A stretch of 64,000 nucleotides of DNA from Octopus vulgaris (taxonomy: Eukaryota): assembly GCA_951406725.2 (NCBI GenBank), contig OX597817.1, forward strand, positions 10,974,001-11,038,000. The letters are read 5' to 3'. Below the pieces are notes generated by a model. The model worked only from the letters and a program-made list of their open reading frames with translations. It had not been told where the DNA came from and ran no database searches. Position numbers and translations under genes: made by a program. The stretch's first letter is position 1. The number at the start of each line of letters is the position of its first letter. Shown here piece by piece: positions 37,739-49,546 of this stretch.

Positions 37739-40700
37739 CATATATACGACAGGCTTCTTTCAGTTTCCGTCTACCAAATCCACTCACAAGGCATTGGTCG
37801 GCCTGGGGCTATAGCAGAAGACACTTGTCCAAGATGCCACGCAGTTGGACTGAACCCGGAACCATGTGGTTGGTTAGCAAGCTACTTACCACACAGCCAC
37901 TCATGCGCCTACATGGTTAATTCAAAACAATGTGAATAAATAAGCATTACTTTTGACAGAATATTCTGAATGCTAAAGAGTTAAAGAATTACATGGGGGG
38001 GGGGGTATGAAGAATGAAATGAAGACAAAAAGTTGTTGCTTAATTCCAAATCAGTTCTAATTGAGCAGGCACATGATCAAAGCCATTCCTGTTGTGAATG
38101 TCCTGTCTTCTATGTTCAAGTATAAGTATACCTAGGACTACATTATCCAATGTGTTCTTTTTTAAAAATATAATGTGTAATAGAGAAGGTTTGGCTGCTA
38201 TTTCTAGAAGCTCAAACAATTGCACAGTGGTTACCTCAGTAGCATTTGTTGCTCCTGTAAGTTCTGATCAAGCATATTACATAATCAAAGGAATTCCAAC
38301 TGTGACCATCCTGTCTTTTTGTATATCAGGGATTACATTGTCTTGTGCAGCCTTTAAGATAGTAAGGTGGCATTTGAGGGAAATTTGGCTGCATTTTCCT
38401 CTATGTTAAGTGACTGCTTAGAAGCTTAATGGAATTTATGCTTCCTGTCTACAAATATTGACCATACTCTCTCTTTACTCTTTTACTCGTTTCAGTCATT
38501 TGACTGCGGCCATGCTGGAGCACCGCCTTTAGTCGAGCAAATCGACCCCGGGACTTATTCTTTGTAAGCCCAGTACTTATTCTATCGGTCTCTTTTGCCG
38601 AACCGCTAAGTGACGGGGATATAAACACACCAGTATCGGTTGTCAAGCAATGCTAGGAGGACAAACACACACACACATACATATATACGACAGGCTTCTT
38701 TCAGTTTCCGTCTACCAAATTCACTCTCAAGGCATTGGTTGGCCAAGGCATTGGGGCTATAGCAGAAGAGACTTGCCCAAGATGCCATGCAGTGGGACTG
38801 AACCCGGAACCATGTGGAACCATATATGTAATGAATATAAAACAATAATTAGAAATTATTTTATTTGTCATATAGAAGACTGATTTGTTTAATTTATTAT
38901 TTCCCAAAAAAAAAAATATCAGCTGTGTAACAACTACATTATGGGTGAGTTATCTTAGCCTTTAATCTTTTTGATGACAACTTGTCTGAAACTGCCCTTG
39001 GTCTTATGGTACAAACTTCCTGTTTTAAATCAAAACCTTGCAATAAAATTTCATGTTAATTTGTCCCAAAATTATAGCTTAATATTTCCAGTTATTTCCT
39101 TAAATTCTTCATTATTTTCAAAACAGATTTAAACAAAAAAAAAAAAAAAGTTTCAACAGAAAAACGAAAGCTGACGTGTCAACTTCTTTTTTTCCATTCG
39201 CTCCTCTTCGGGCGAAATATGGTAACAAAAGGTTTAAGAACCGAGATCGAGTATAATGTGTAAGTGACCAGGTCGCTGAAGTCCGACGAAACCTTTTAAC
39301 ACTTCACAATACACAATACTGTTATGAACTTATAGAACAGATCTAGTATACTCTTGAAGGTAAAAATGCCTCCGCTAATGATACGATTGTTTCAGCTTCC
39401 TGCATATGATGTCAAATTAACTAATTTGCCAAAACAAAGTGGCTGAAATTTCAAGTGCAATCATAATGCAAAAAAAGGGTAAAAAAAAAAAAAATAGGAT
39501 GCATTAGAAAATTTGAATTAAATTTAATGGGTATCATACACTAGCCAGGTTACTTTAATTTTAACTTTATATATATTTCTAATTGATAACATATATCAGG
39601 TCGTTGAATAATGGGTGGTTATCACATCCGAAACTTAGGGAACATTAAATTAAAACTAGAACGAATTAAGTTGTAAAAATACTGCGGATACTAACTACAT
39701 TGTTCATTTTTTTTAAAGGCGGGTAGGTAGGGTATGATTTCTGGGGATTCAATTAGGAGTGTATAGGCTCGTGATAAATATATTTGGTAGTAAAACCGCA
39801 GCACCTGCTCATTGACCTAGCACAATGTGCGTGTATCCACTGCACAACTGCAAGTGTTAACAACTGATGCACTAAAATATATTGCATACCGGTGCTTTCA
39901 TGATAAATATCCAATAAAGCAAAGAACTACAGCGACTGTTATTATTATTATTATAGTCTTTCGTTTAATAAAGAAAAAGGCATGAACGACTGCAGGAAAT
40001 ATTTCGTTGTTGTGAATAGCAAATGATCTGTCAAATAGATAAGGATTTATTTAAGAAGCTAGAAGAGCGGTTCTTCGTTGTTCTGGTTTAATTAAAATTG
40101 ACGTGTCAACTTTTTTTTACTTTTTCATTAGAGTTGAATAATATTCATTGAATGAATATACTTTATGACAATCCTCAAAACTGTACACTAAGAAATCATT
40201 ATTATCGTTATTACATAAAGTAAATATAAAATTTTCCATTTTTACTCAGCAATAATTAAGAAAAAAATGACGAAATTTGAAATTTTGGTAAATTCGCAGG
40301 GTGAAATCGAGACTGATTTCTACAGAATATGAATAGTATGTATCTTTCTTAGATACTAAGATAGGATGAAAGACACCAGGAAGAAAGGATGGTAAAATTA
40401 CAGAAAGAATGTACTATCGATTCTATGATAATTTGTCTCATTAACTACTGTATGATAAAACTTATTCAGTAATCAGGGAGCGAGCTGCCGTAACCAGTAA
40501 GCGGACAAAAATATATGCATAAGTGCACAGACAGTAGACTGATTCAAATTACACACAGCTTAAGAAGTCCTACCTGAATACCCTCATGTAACTACGGGTG
40601 TCACAAACTTTAAATACTTTTGAATTAAGAATTTGATCCATAAAGCAATTTATGTTATGATCTATTCAATAATAAATACAGGTTTTTTTTTAAAAAACTA

Positions 40701-42808
40701 TTGTTTTAGATGTATTCCAGCAGAATGCTGTCTTTTTTAAAAATTTTGGTTCTTAAAACAGAATGACAAGACAGGATTAAGAATTAACAGAGAGTTTTAA
40801 GTGTCGTTGATTACTTTTATAATTAATACCCTAATCTAAACAAGTCAGTTTAATCAATTCAGAGCTTATCAATTTCAAATAAAGGATTAATTATTCTTCA
40901 AATCAAATATAAAAATAAAACAAAGTACGTAAGTTTTCATAAAAGATTTTACTGTTCACTGACCGGGTTCTTTCCTCCGACCCAAACTAATTGGAGGATA
41001 TTATTTTTGATAATCATAACACGTGCTTCTGTCGTCCACTAGTGTTTATAACATTACACCTCGGAGGAACATGATACAAAATTCTACCACTGATATTCGA
41101 ACTCACAAAAGCGGGTACCGAATATATAATCTACTAGGTCGAATTTTTTACTACGTGTACAATAACTATTTCTTTTATATGGGGACAAATTTGTAAGGGG
41201 GAAACGAAATAAGTTGTTTCTTGCATTGAACTAACTTCATCCTCGTTAAAGGGTGATTAGTACATTGTATAAAAGGGAATGGCTCAACTAGTCAGCAAAC
41301 CTATATTTGAAGTAAGGGAATGGGTCATCGCTATTTCGCCCTATGCCAACACTGAACACGCAGACCTATAACCATTCTTTCCGTTTTTTTAAAGCGTAAA
41401 TTTGGCTGCTATTTTTAGCAGGTCGATAGACCTGGTGGAGGCTCTTATTGCAAGTATGTTTGGTTTATTCAACTAAAGATGAACAATATAAAAGATAACG
41501 TCGACTTTCGCGAAATTCGAACTCCGAATGGAGAAAAATGTAACTAAATACTTTGAAATTACTTTTGAATTACCGATGGCAGATTCCGATGAAGGTGATT
41601 AAAAGGGTAACCGAAAGTTTTAGATAACCTAAGCTACAGCTTATAATATTCTTTAACAGAAAGAAGGATACAAACATATGAATTTAAAACATATTCTTTC
41701 TTGTTAAAAGTCAATATATTTTTTTCGACCAAAATATATTTTAGAAATGTAAATTCTTCAATTACTTTTCAACTCGTTTGTTGGTTTTTCTTTCAATTAC
41801 AATCGGAAACTCAGCACGTTTTAACAATGAAAATGGACTACATTAAAAGGGGTTCGTGGACAGCTTGTGTTATTATATTGACAGAGGATCTGGCCGACAC
41901 AAAAGCCAACAAAACTCGAATATGTTATACCACTGAAAGACCGGATTTCTTTTCTTTTTTCGTTTAGAGGTTAGATATGACCGACATCATTTCGACTAGA
42001 CAACCGGAATTTATTTTATCGACCTTGAAAGCAAGAATTTCAGAGTCTGTCTGGAATCAACGTAGAAATATAGAACTGTATACATAGTTCCAGTGCCCTA
42101 CCGTTATTTTGCCATTTCTTCACTGTAGCTGATTAATAAAAACTATAACGATAATAAAAGAATGTGAGAATATTACAGTTGCTACCCTTGTAGCAGTATT
42201 ACTTCTATGACCACTACTATGCTGTTATACACATGCATATATTCTATGCATATTTTCTTTGTACAACCTGTAGCTATAGCCTATAGTTGCTCAACACATC
42301 GGATGTATGTACACAGTCACAAACATAGAGATTTAGCAGCTCTGTATACAACACACATACTTAATCCGTAATAGTAACATATGTCAATTAAACATAAATT
42401 TATACCCCGTACATCGATACACGTGCACATATGTATACATATAGCTTACAAACATTCCATAACATATACTATGTAATTATATATATATGTTAATTGAAAT
42501 GTACAATATCATAAATCCATTACGGCCGATCTTACAAATCGGTGTCGCACTTGGGGTTAAACGGGATTTTGGGCGACAACTCGATTATGTGAACAGTAAT
42601 GGATATATAATACGGTAAATAATGTGCACTTCGATTAAGATACTCACAGTAATTACAATTATACGAGCGCATATTTTAAAGGACTTATGAATTCTTAGAC
42701 GGTATACACACATCTTACATACAGACACACACACGCACTGAGTATGCATGCAGAGAGAAAACGGGAAACACATCCAATGAGGTTGTGTTTACAGATTCAA
42801 AAGCAAAC

Positions 42809-42941
42809 CTTCTTCAGATGTAGATTTGTCGCGTGGTGGTCTATAGCCGTACACCCCACTTTTGGAATGGTAAGCTGCCGTGGACTGTAGTTTAGTTGCA
42901 AGCCAATTCTGTCTCAGAAGCCTCCGTGGAAGCATCAACAT
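42809..42941 (-). CDS. DHTKD1: DHTKD1 coding exon 1 (putative mitochondrial presequence)
   Basis: Hand translation gives MLMLPRRLLRQNWLATKLQSTAAYHSKSGVYGYRPPRDKSTSEE plus 1 nt. GVYGYRP is the conserved DHTKD1 N-terminal motif, and the leader is Arg-rich and acid-free. Donor G|GTTTG, phase 1. Confidence 0.9.
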
Positions 42942-44599
42942 TTTTCTGTCGTCGACTTCCGACTATCGCCCTGCAATTTACAACTGAGGTGAATTCGGTG
43001 TAAACCGAACTTGAAGCTGGCTAAGGTTAAAGACAGAAGTAAAAGAAGAAGAAAAAAGTTGGTTAGCCAATAGAGAGACAAAAGAAAGATAAAGGATATA
43101 CAGATAGTATTAAAGAAAAGGTGTGATAGAAAGAAAGAATAATATAAAGAGTATAATGCATTTTTTTAATTGCTTATCACATAAAATAAACAGATAATAC
43201 GAAACAAAAGCAGAGTGATATCTTTACAACAAAACAACGGCGGATCTCGATCAGAATGACAAGGGCTGCACAGCAATAAAATTTATTTAACCATAGGCCT
43301 GCTTGATACAGGTTGATTGGGGCTACACATCGAGCAACAACGAAACATAACAATAGGTCATTTCCATAGGGGTTGGACCGAGGTTACACAGCAACAAAAC
43401 GACGCTATTCTACAATACTTTAGCAGAACGTTTAAATGAAATGAACACGTGTGACCGAGAGAAGGCAAACACGGAAAATACTTGTTAGATATAAATAACA
43501 GCACGTACTATGAATTGAAAATTCTAGTAGTTTTTAAGCAACTGGGCTTAGCTACTCAAAGTCATTAATTTTTTTTTTTTTCTTTCAAAAAGGGGTATAA
43601 AAATGATAAAAGGTGTTACAACCTGATCGTATTCTCATTAGCTTTTCAAGAAAAAAAATAAACAATCCCGGAGATCATAACATACTTACGGAGAGGAATA
43701 GTTAGAAAATTACACCCAACTCCATTGACTTCTATCGAACTCACAAGCTCTCTTACATGTAACTGAAACTGACCTTTTAACCTTTCCACCTAAAGTACTT
43801 TTTACTCCACCCTTACTTACTTCCAACTTCCATAAGCATTGAAGCTGCGTCATTGATGAAGCAACTGCACTCTTTTACGTAATTTTATCTTCGCCACTTT
43901 CATATATAAAATTAAGACAATTGAGAGTTTTTATAACTAAATGAAAAATGAAACCTGTGTGTTCCAATAAGAATTATTTCTTCTTTTAAACCGAGATTTT
44001 CATGGATGGTGTGTGATAAAAAAAAATATACTAAAACTTCCCTCATAATATCTTAGTAAAATTAGTCCTAAATAAAACGGAAAAGAGAAGTCACGACAGC
44101 ATACTTAAGAAAAACACCTTCAGGTGCAGGGCTTTGCCAAAAATCTTAAAGGTTTCTTGTATAAGTCTCAGAAACCAGTGGTTTGTATCCTGTAACCGAA
44201 GTGGAGTAATCTGTAGTGGATCTTGCATGCATGAAGTGGATTCGATCCACCATAACCAAATTTAAATTAACACTGCTACAGAACTTTTCCCCACGATGGA
44301 ACAATGGTTTTTCTCTGACAGCAGCTTTGCAATTTCCAGATGCCTTTAGCCAGGCCGAAATAATGTCTTCACTACTTGACCCTTTCTAACCTCTTCTACT
44401 TCACCAAAAGCGAGAATAGAGATAACAAGACCACCAACTAAATCTATTGTTCTCAACGGTATATCTATCCTTCTGGATAGTTATATAACCCAGCACATCC
44501 CTCCACTACAAATCCATGGCAAAGGCACGTTCTTTGGCTTAGTGAAGAAAACGGACTGCGTCCCTGACTTTAGCAGCGCCCCCGCCCCCTAAAATACTA

Positions 44600-45085
44600 A
44601 GATTTCTGCGCTTTATATAAGGTTGAATAATTGCAAGTCGATGTCAGCTGGAAAACCTTGGCGGGAAGAGAATTCCAGTGTGTCGATATTCTTGGATGAT
44701 AGGACTGGGAATAATGGTTAGTAGAATAGAAAGGAGTTATCGAAGACAATTGTTATCGAATGTTTCCATCAACTTTCGAGATACTAGAGGTGAGGACGGT
44801 AGGTCTGTAATTGGTAAACCCTTCTCTATGTCGGGTTTTCAAAGAAAGAATGACTGAAGAGCTCGATTAGACAGGAACTAGATTCGGAGCACACCATCTG
44901 AGGTCAATGGAAGGGACAGTGTGAAAAAAGTGGCCTTGTCTGAAGAAACCGGAAGTATTTCTGCACTTGCTGTTTCTGTGTTTATGGAGCTGCTACTAGT
45001 GAAATAAAGAAATGTTTTAGGGGGAGTTTTTGTCTTATGAATGCACTAGCGTAGCTGGGGGAGGTAGCGGCACTTTTGGGTCTGC
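44600..45085 (-). mobile_element. Heavily degraded LINE (CR1/Jockey-like) pieces
   Basis: Minus-strand remnants NYRPTVLTSSISK.LMET and HWNSLP..VFPADIDLQLF. Confidence 0.5.
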
Positions 45086-45091
45086 TGTAGG

Positions 45092-45145
<54 letters not shown>

Positions 45146-45252
45146 AGTTGGGCCCTTGGCATGTAACTTCAACCGTGTTTTTCTGACGTGAATTTGCTAC
45201 CCAGGTATCGATTAACCGAATTATCCATACTAGGATAATTCATTCATCTACT

Positions 45253-45327
<75 letters not shown>

Positions 45328-45477
45328 TAGGGCGGCAAACTGAAGGGCCGCCTCGGGCCGTACACACTAACTACGCTAGTGAATGTATGCAATTGCAAGG
45401 TTAAATGCAAAGCTAACTGTAAATGCAGAAGGTTTCTCCGCATCAGTATAATTTGCAAGACAATATTATGTTAGACG

Positions 45478-45808
45478 CGAGTTGTGAAGGCGCGTGGCTT
45501 AGTGGTTAGGGCATTCGGCTCACGATTGTAAAGTCGTGAGTTCAATTCCCGGCGACGCGTTGTGTCCTTGAGCAAGAAACTTTATTTCACGTTGCTCCAA
45601 TCTACTCAGCTGGCAAAAAGGAGTTGTACATGCATTTCAAAGGGCCGGCCTTGTCATACTCCGTGTCACGCTGAATCTCCCTGAGAACTACGTTAGAGGT
45701 ACACGTGTCTATGGAGTGCTCAGCCACTTACACGTTAATTTCACGAGCAAGCTGTTCCGTTGATCGTATCAGCTGGGACCCTCGTCGTCGTAACTGACGG
45801 AGTGCTCC
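45478..45808 (+). mobile_element. Full-length tRNA/CORE-like SINE; older copy at about 20907-21190
   Basis: 14-bp TSD TATTATGTTAGACG (45464-45477, 45809-45822). A-box TGGCTTAGTGG, B-box GAGTTCAATTCC, CORE-like TGTGTCCTTGAGCAAG. Confidence 0.88.
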
Positions 45809-47149
45809 TATTATGTTAGACGATTCCGGAGTAAATAGAAGTTTTTTCTTTCTTTTTTTTTCTTTTTGTCGATAAAGCAGTCTTAGAGACAGGAAAGCTT
45901 GTGATGGTCGAAAACATCTAATGAAGTTCGGATAGTAGTACCTATTTCTTTATTACCCACAAGGGGCTAAACACAGAGGGGACAAACAAGGACAGACATA
46001 GGTATTAAGTCGATTACATCGACCCCAGTGCGTAACTGGTACTTAATTTATCGACCCCGAAAGGATGAAAGGCTAAGTCGACCTCGGCGGAATTTGAACT
46101 TACAACGTAACGCAGACGAAATACCGCTAAGCATTTCGCCCGGCGTGCTAACGTTTCTGCCAGCTCGCCGCCTTCGGATAGTAGTACCGCTTGGATGCTT
46201 GTTAGCTGTGTGGTGATGACTAGTTGAGTTGATGAACAAAAGTATGTTTCTTGGGCTGCTTGAAGAAGTAACTGAACATCACCCGTGAACATTTAACAGA
46301 AACTTTTATTACCACGCATAAAGTCAAACTGCGTTGGTCTTTTACAGACAACAGCAATAATTCCATAATGGGAGAGGTATGCTGCTTGGAGTTTACGGTA
46401 AGCTACTGATACAGTAACGTGGGGCATGCCCAACATAACTGGAAATAATTGCGCTATATTCGTGGCAACGAAGGTTTTTTGTAATCTGTCTTAGCCGTCA
46501 GCGTGGGCCGTCTGCTGTGGCAGGAATAGCAAAACATCTCACTTGGCTGTCTCAACATTCTGCGATTAATTACCGTCAAAAGCGGCCTTTTATAGGGCTT
46601 AAGAAGAAGATTGAATCACGCGATGCCTTGACGTCGATTGGTTGCTTAATAGACCGATCACATGAAATTATTGTAGTTCCGTCGTGATGTCTGCCTGGTT
46701 ACCTAGCGTTTTGGCTTCGAACCCCTGCTGCAGTAGTCTTGCAGGAGTTTCGCTATTGGGAAAGCCAATCAGTTTGTATTGCAGGCAATATTTTTTGTAG
46801 CCTGTCACTTTGTAAAATAGGCAAGTTTTTTTCCAGATGATGTGGATCGTGTTCTTTTTCTGGACTTTTGCAATTCAGTTGCGTATGAACCACATGGAGG
46901 TTCGAAGTTATGGGCCCTGTTTGTGTTTCTTTGGATGGATTCATGATGAAACAGTTGACGTGGTAGAATAGTAACTAGTTTCAAACCCTTTCCAATATAA
47001 TATTGGTTTTAAATTTGGGGAAGGTAGGAAGTCAATTACATCGACCCCAGTGCTCAACTGGTACTTATTTTATCGATCCCGAAAGGATGAAAGGCAATGT
47101 CGAATTTGAACTCAGAACATTAAGACGAACGAAATGGCGTATGGTAACA

Positions 47150-49394
47150 CTTATTTTCGGGTTCCTTTGGACGGTTTAAGTTGCTTTGTGAAAGGATTTG
47201 TGATCAAAACTTATCATCTGGAAGACAGAATTATAAGCGTGAATTTTCTGTATAAATTGCTACAAATCAGAATGTTGACCAAAGAGTAAAGAGAGGAAAG
47301 GCTAAGGAGTATTTTGCAGGTCAGGCACGCGAACCTTTCCATTTGAGCAGTATATGCCACTGGATTCTCCAACCCACTTAAGGGCCTTGCAAAATGGACA
47401 TATTACAGACATACCCCTTGTAACAGTCTCTCGATCAGTGGGGTAATCTTCGGCAAGATCATAGTTGAGCGCCTTTGATGCCCATCGACTACTCGATGGC
47501 TTCCAATAGCCATGGGGGCAAGAGCCTTCTGGTGAATGTTAGACTGAAGTCTCATCATCCAATGATTATCGTCATCTGCCAACCTCGCACCTGATGTGGA
47601 TGCAGCGTTGCGAGCCCGACGGATAGCATTCTCTTCCGGGGCTTCTTCGGCCCTCGTGGCAGAAGTGCATGCAGCGTTCCCGACGGATAGCACTCTTTTG
47701 TGGTGTTTCTGCGGGCCCTTGCGTCAGCAGCACATACTCGATAGGTTTCATGTTGCTCTAGAGCACTTGCAGCTCTTTTCAATAGTCTACAGAACCTTTG
47801 GTCCTCAGTTTCCTTAGCCTGCCAGCGCTGCTGCCTTACCGCTGCAGAAGACTTTCTGCCAATGCGTGCTCTCTTTTTAAGAGGCATGCTTGTATTATCT
47901 GGAAAAAGGAAAATGGGTTTTAGTATATCACCTGATTATCGATTCTATTATAAGCCAACAAAATCTTCTTTATTCTGTCTTCCTACATAGACTGGGCATA
48001 AAGTAACAGCGAATGCCGCCGCGTAAAGTGAAACCGGTATGGCGCTTTCTGAAAGATTCGTATAGCTTTTGCTAATGGTTGATTCTTTGGGACGAATCAT
48101 ATGTGATTGTTTAAAAAAGGCTAGAACCTCAATGCTAAAACGAATTTCAAACACTGGATAACAATCGAAATATCATAATGGATGGGTAAATAAGCATCCT
48201 TAAAGTGGTAGGTAAACAAAGGTATTAACAAATAGAAGAGAAGAAATGGAACATCACCTTTCAGGTAACTCAGAATAGGTAAAGGTAAGCTTGCTAAAGT
48301 TTAATGCAGCTTAAATATGGATATTAAGATAGTTTGGTACAGGATTCATCGCGTAATGTTCCTAGTCAATTTAAACACAGTCAAAAATATTCTTTAATGC
48401 CAATATGTGACGATAGGGATTTGAAAAGTATGGAAGACCCTACATACAAAAAAAACTGTGTACATACAACGAATTTGGAAAATCTTTTAAATTAACATAA
48501 ACATTCATTGGATCTTTTCGGTTTGAACGGCAGTTTTTAAAAATGATTTCCACGTAACTAAACACTTTTAAACTTCGTATACTGGTAGAATGTGTTTATG
48601 AAACATCTTTTTCTCTTGGCTTTATTGAGAAAATTCTATAGTTTGTAAGATATTTGTTGTTTTTTGTTCTTCAATTTCTGCAATTTCAACCAATCAATGA
48701 CGTCTATTGAGGTGAAAACTTTCTGTGCCGTATGAATATGCCCCTCGTTTAAGAAACAGATTGGGTTTATTTACATTTCTGAAGAAAAAAAGATACCTTT
48801 CCCCCACCCGTAACCCTAACCCTAACCAACACTAACTAGCCCTAACCCTAACCAACCCTAACTAGCCCTAACCCTAAAACAGATCGAAATGCAATAGATT
48901 GATACTAGGGTTATAATTATGGGTGACAATTTCATATGACACCGCTAGAAAAACCGCCGTTCAAACCGAAAAGATCCCATTCATTTACATGAAAGAAAAT
49001 TACCGGAGACATAACACGCGTTGTTCTAAAAATAGCAGCGAAATAGACATTTGATAGAGCTTTTAAATTAACATAAACATTTATTTACATGAAAACAAAA
49101 TGACAGTTTCCAAATCCTGTTTTTTTGACTGGGTCACCGCGCAGATGGACAGTCGAAATAAAAATCCTTTCACTTACATAAAAAGATTAAGAAAGTATGG
49201 AAGACCCTACATACAAAAACCTAAGTCCATTTACGTCCATTTACGCGGGATTTCTGGGCAAAATGTTATAGTGCATGACCATCCTTGAGATATAAATAAT
49301 GTGTGTGTAAAGGTTGGTGAAAATCGGTTGAGAATTGTGGAAATGTATGCGTTAGTTATTATATACACACATACTGCGATTTATATATACTAGA
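47150..49394 (-). mobile_element. 5' part of a decayed autonomous Helitron (RepHel N-terminus)
   Basis: Starts A|TCTAGTATATATAAA at 49394. MPLKKRARIGRKS...ETEDQR..RL is followed by CPFCKALKWVGESSGIYCSNGKVRVP...FIQKIHAYNSVFQMISF, the zinc-finger-like and YNSxFQMxSF motifs of Helitron RepHel, with stops. Confidence 0.8.
48510..48977. mobile_element. TIR MITE with 8-bp TSD and internal (CCCTAA)n, nested in the Helitron
   Basis: TIRs GGATCTTTTCGGTTTGAACGGCAGTTTTT and AAAAACCGCCGTTCAAACCGAAAAGATCC. TSD CATTCATT (48502-48509, 48978-48985). Superfamily uncertain (Merlin or MULE-like). Confidence 0.85.
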
Positions 49395-49546
49395 TATGTT
49401 GGGTCATCCCATAAATAGTGCGGTTTTTTTAATAATTGCATGAACTAAAAAGTCGGAGGGGGACGGGATAAATGACCTGCATCAACTTGCTATAAAAGCA
49501 GGTAGTAAATTTACCTTGTACTTATTCTTATTGCAAGTTTTGAAGA

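Noticed and set aside
41580-41630. CCGATGAAGGT...ACCGAAAG hammerhead-like word
   Set aside because: The core is mutated and no helix I complement was found. At best a decayed relic.
45040-45382. Possible hAT-like MITE with CACTAGCGTAG/CTACGCTAGTG ends
   Set aside because: The ends are complementary but no matching 8-bp TSD was found and the interior is mostly (TA)n, so it is too weak to call.
45487-45560. tRNA-like sequence, also at about 19530-19596 and 35420-35490
   Set aside because: These are SINE heads followed by SINE bodies, with a TSD at the 45478 copy and no complete acceptor stem.
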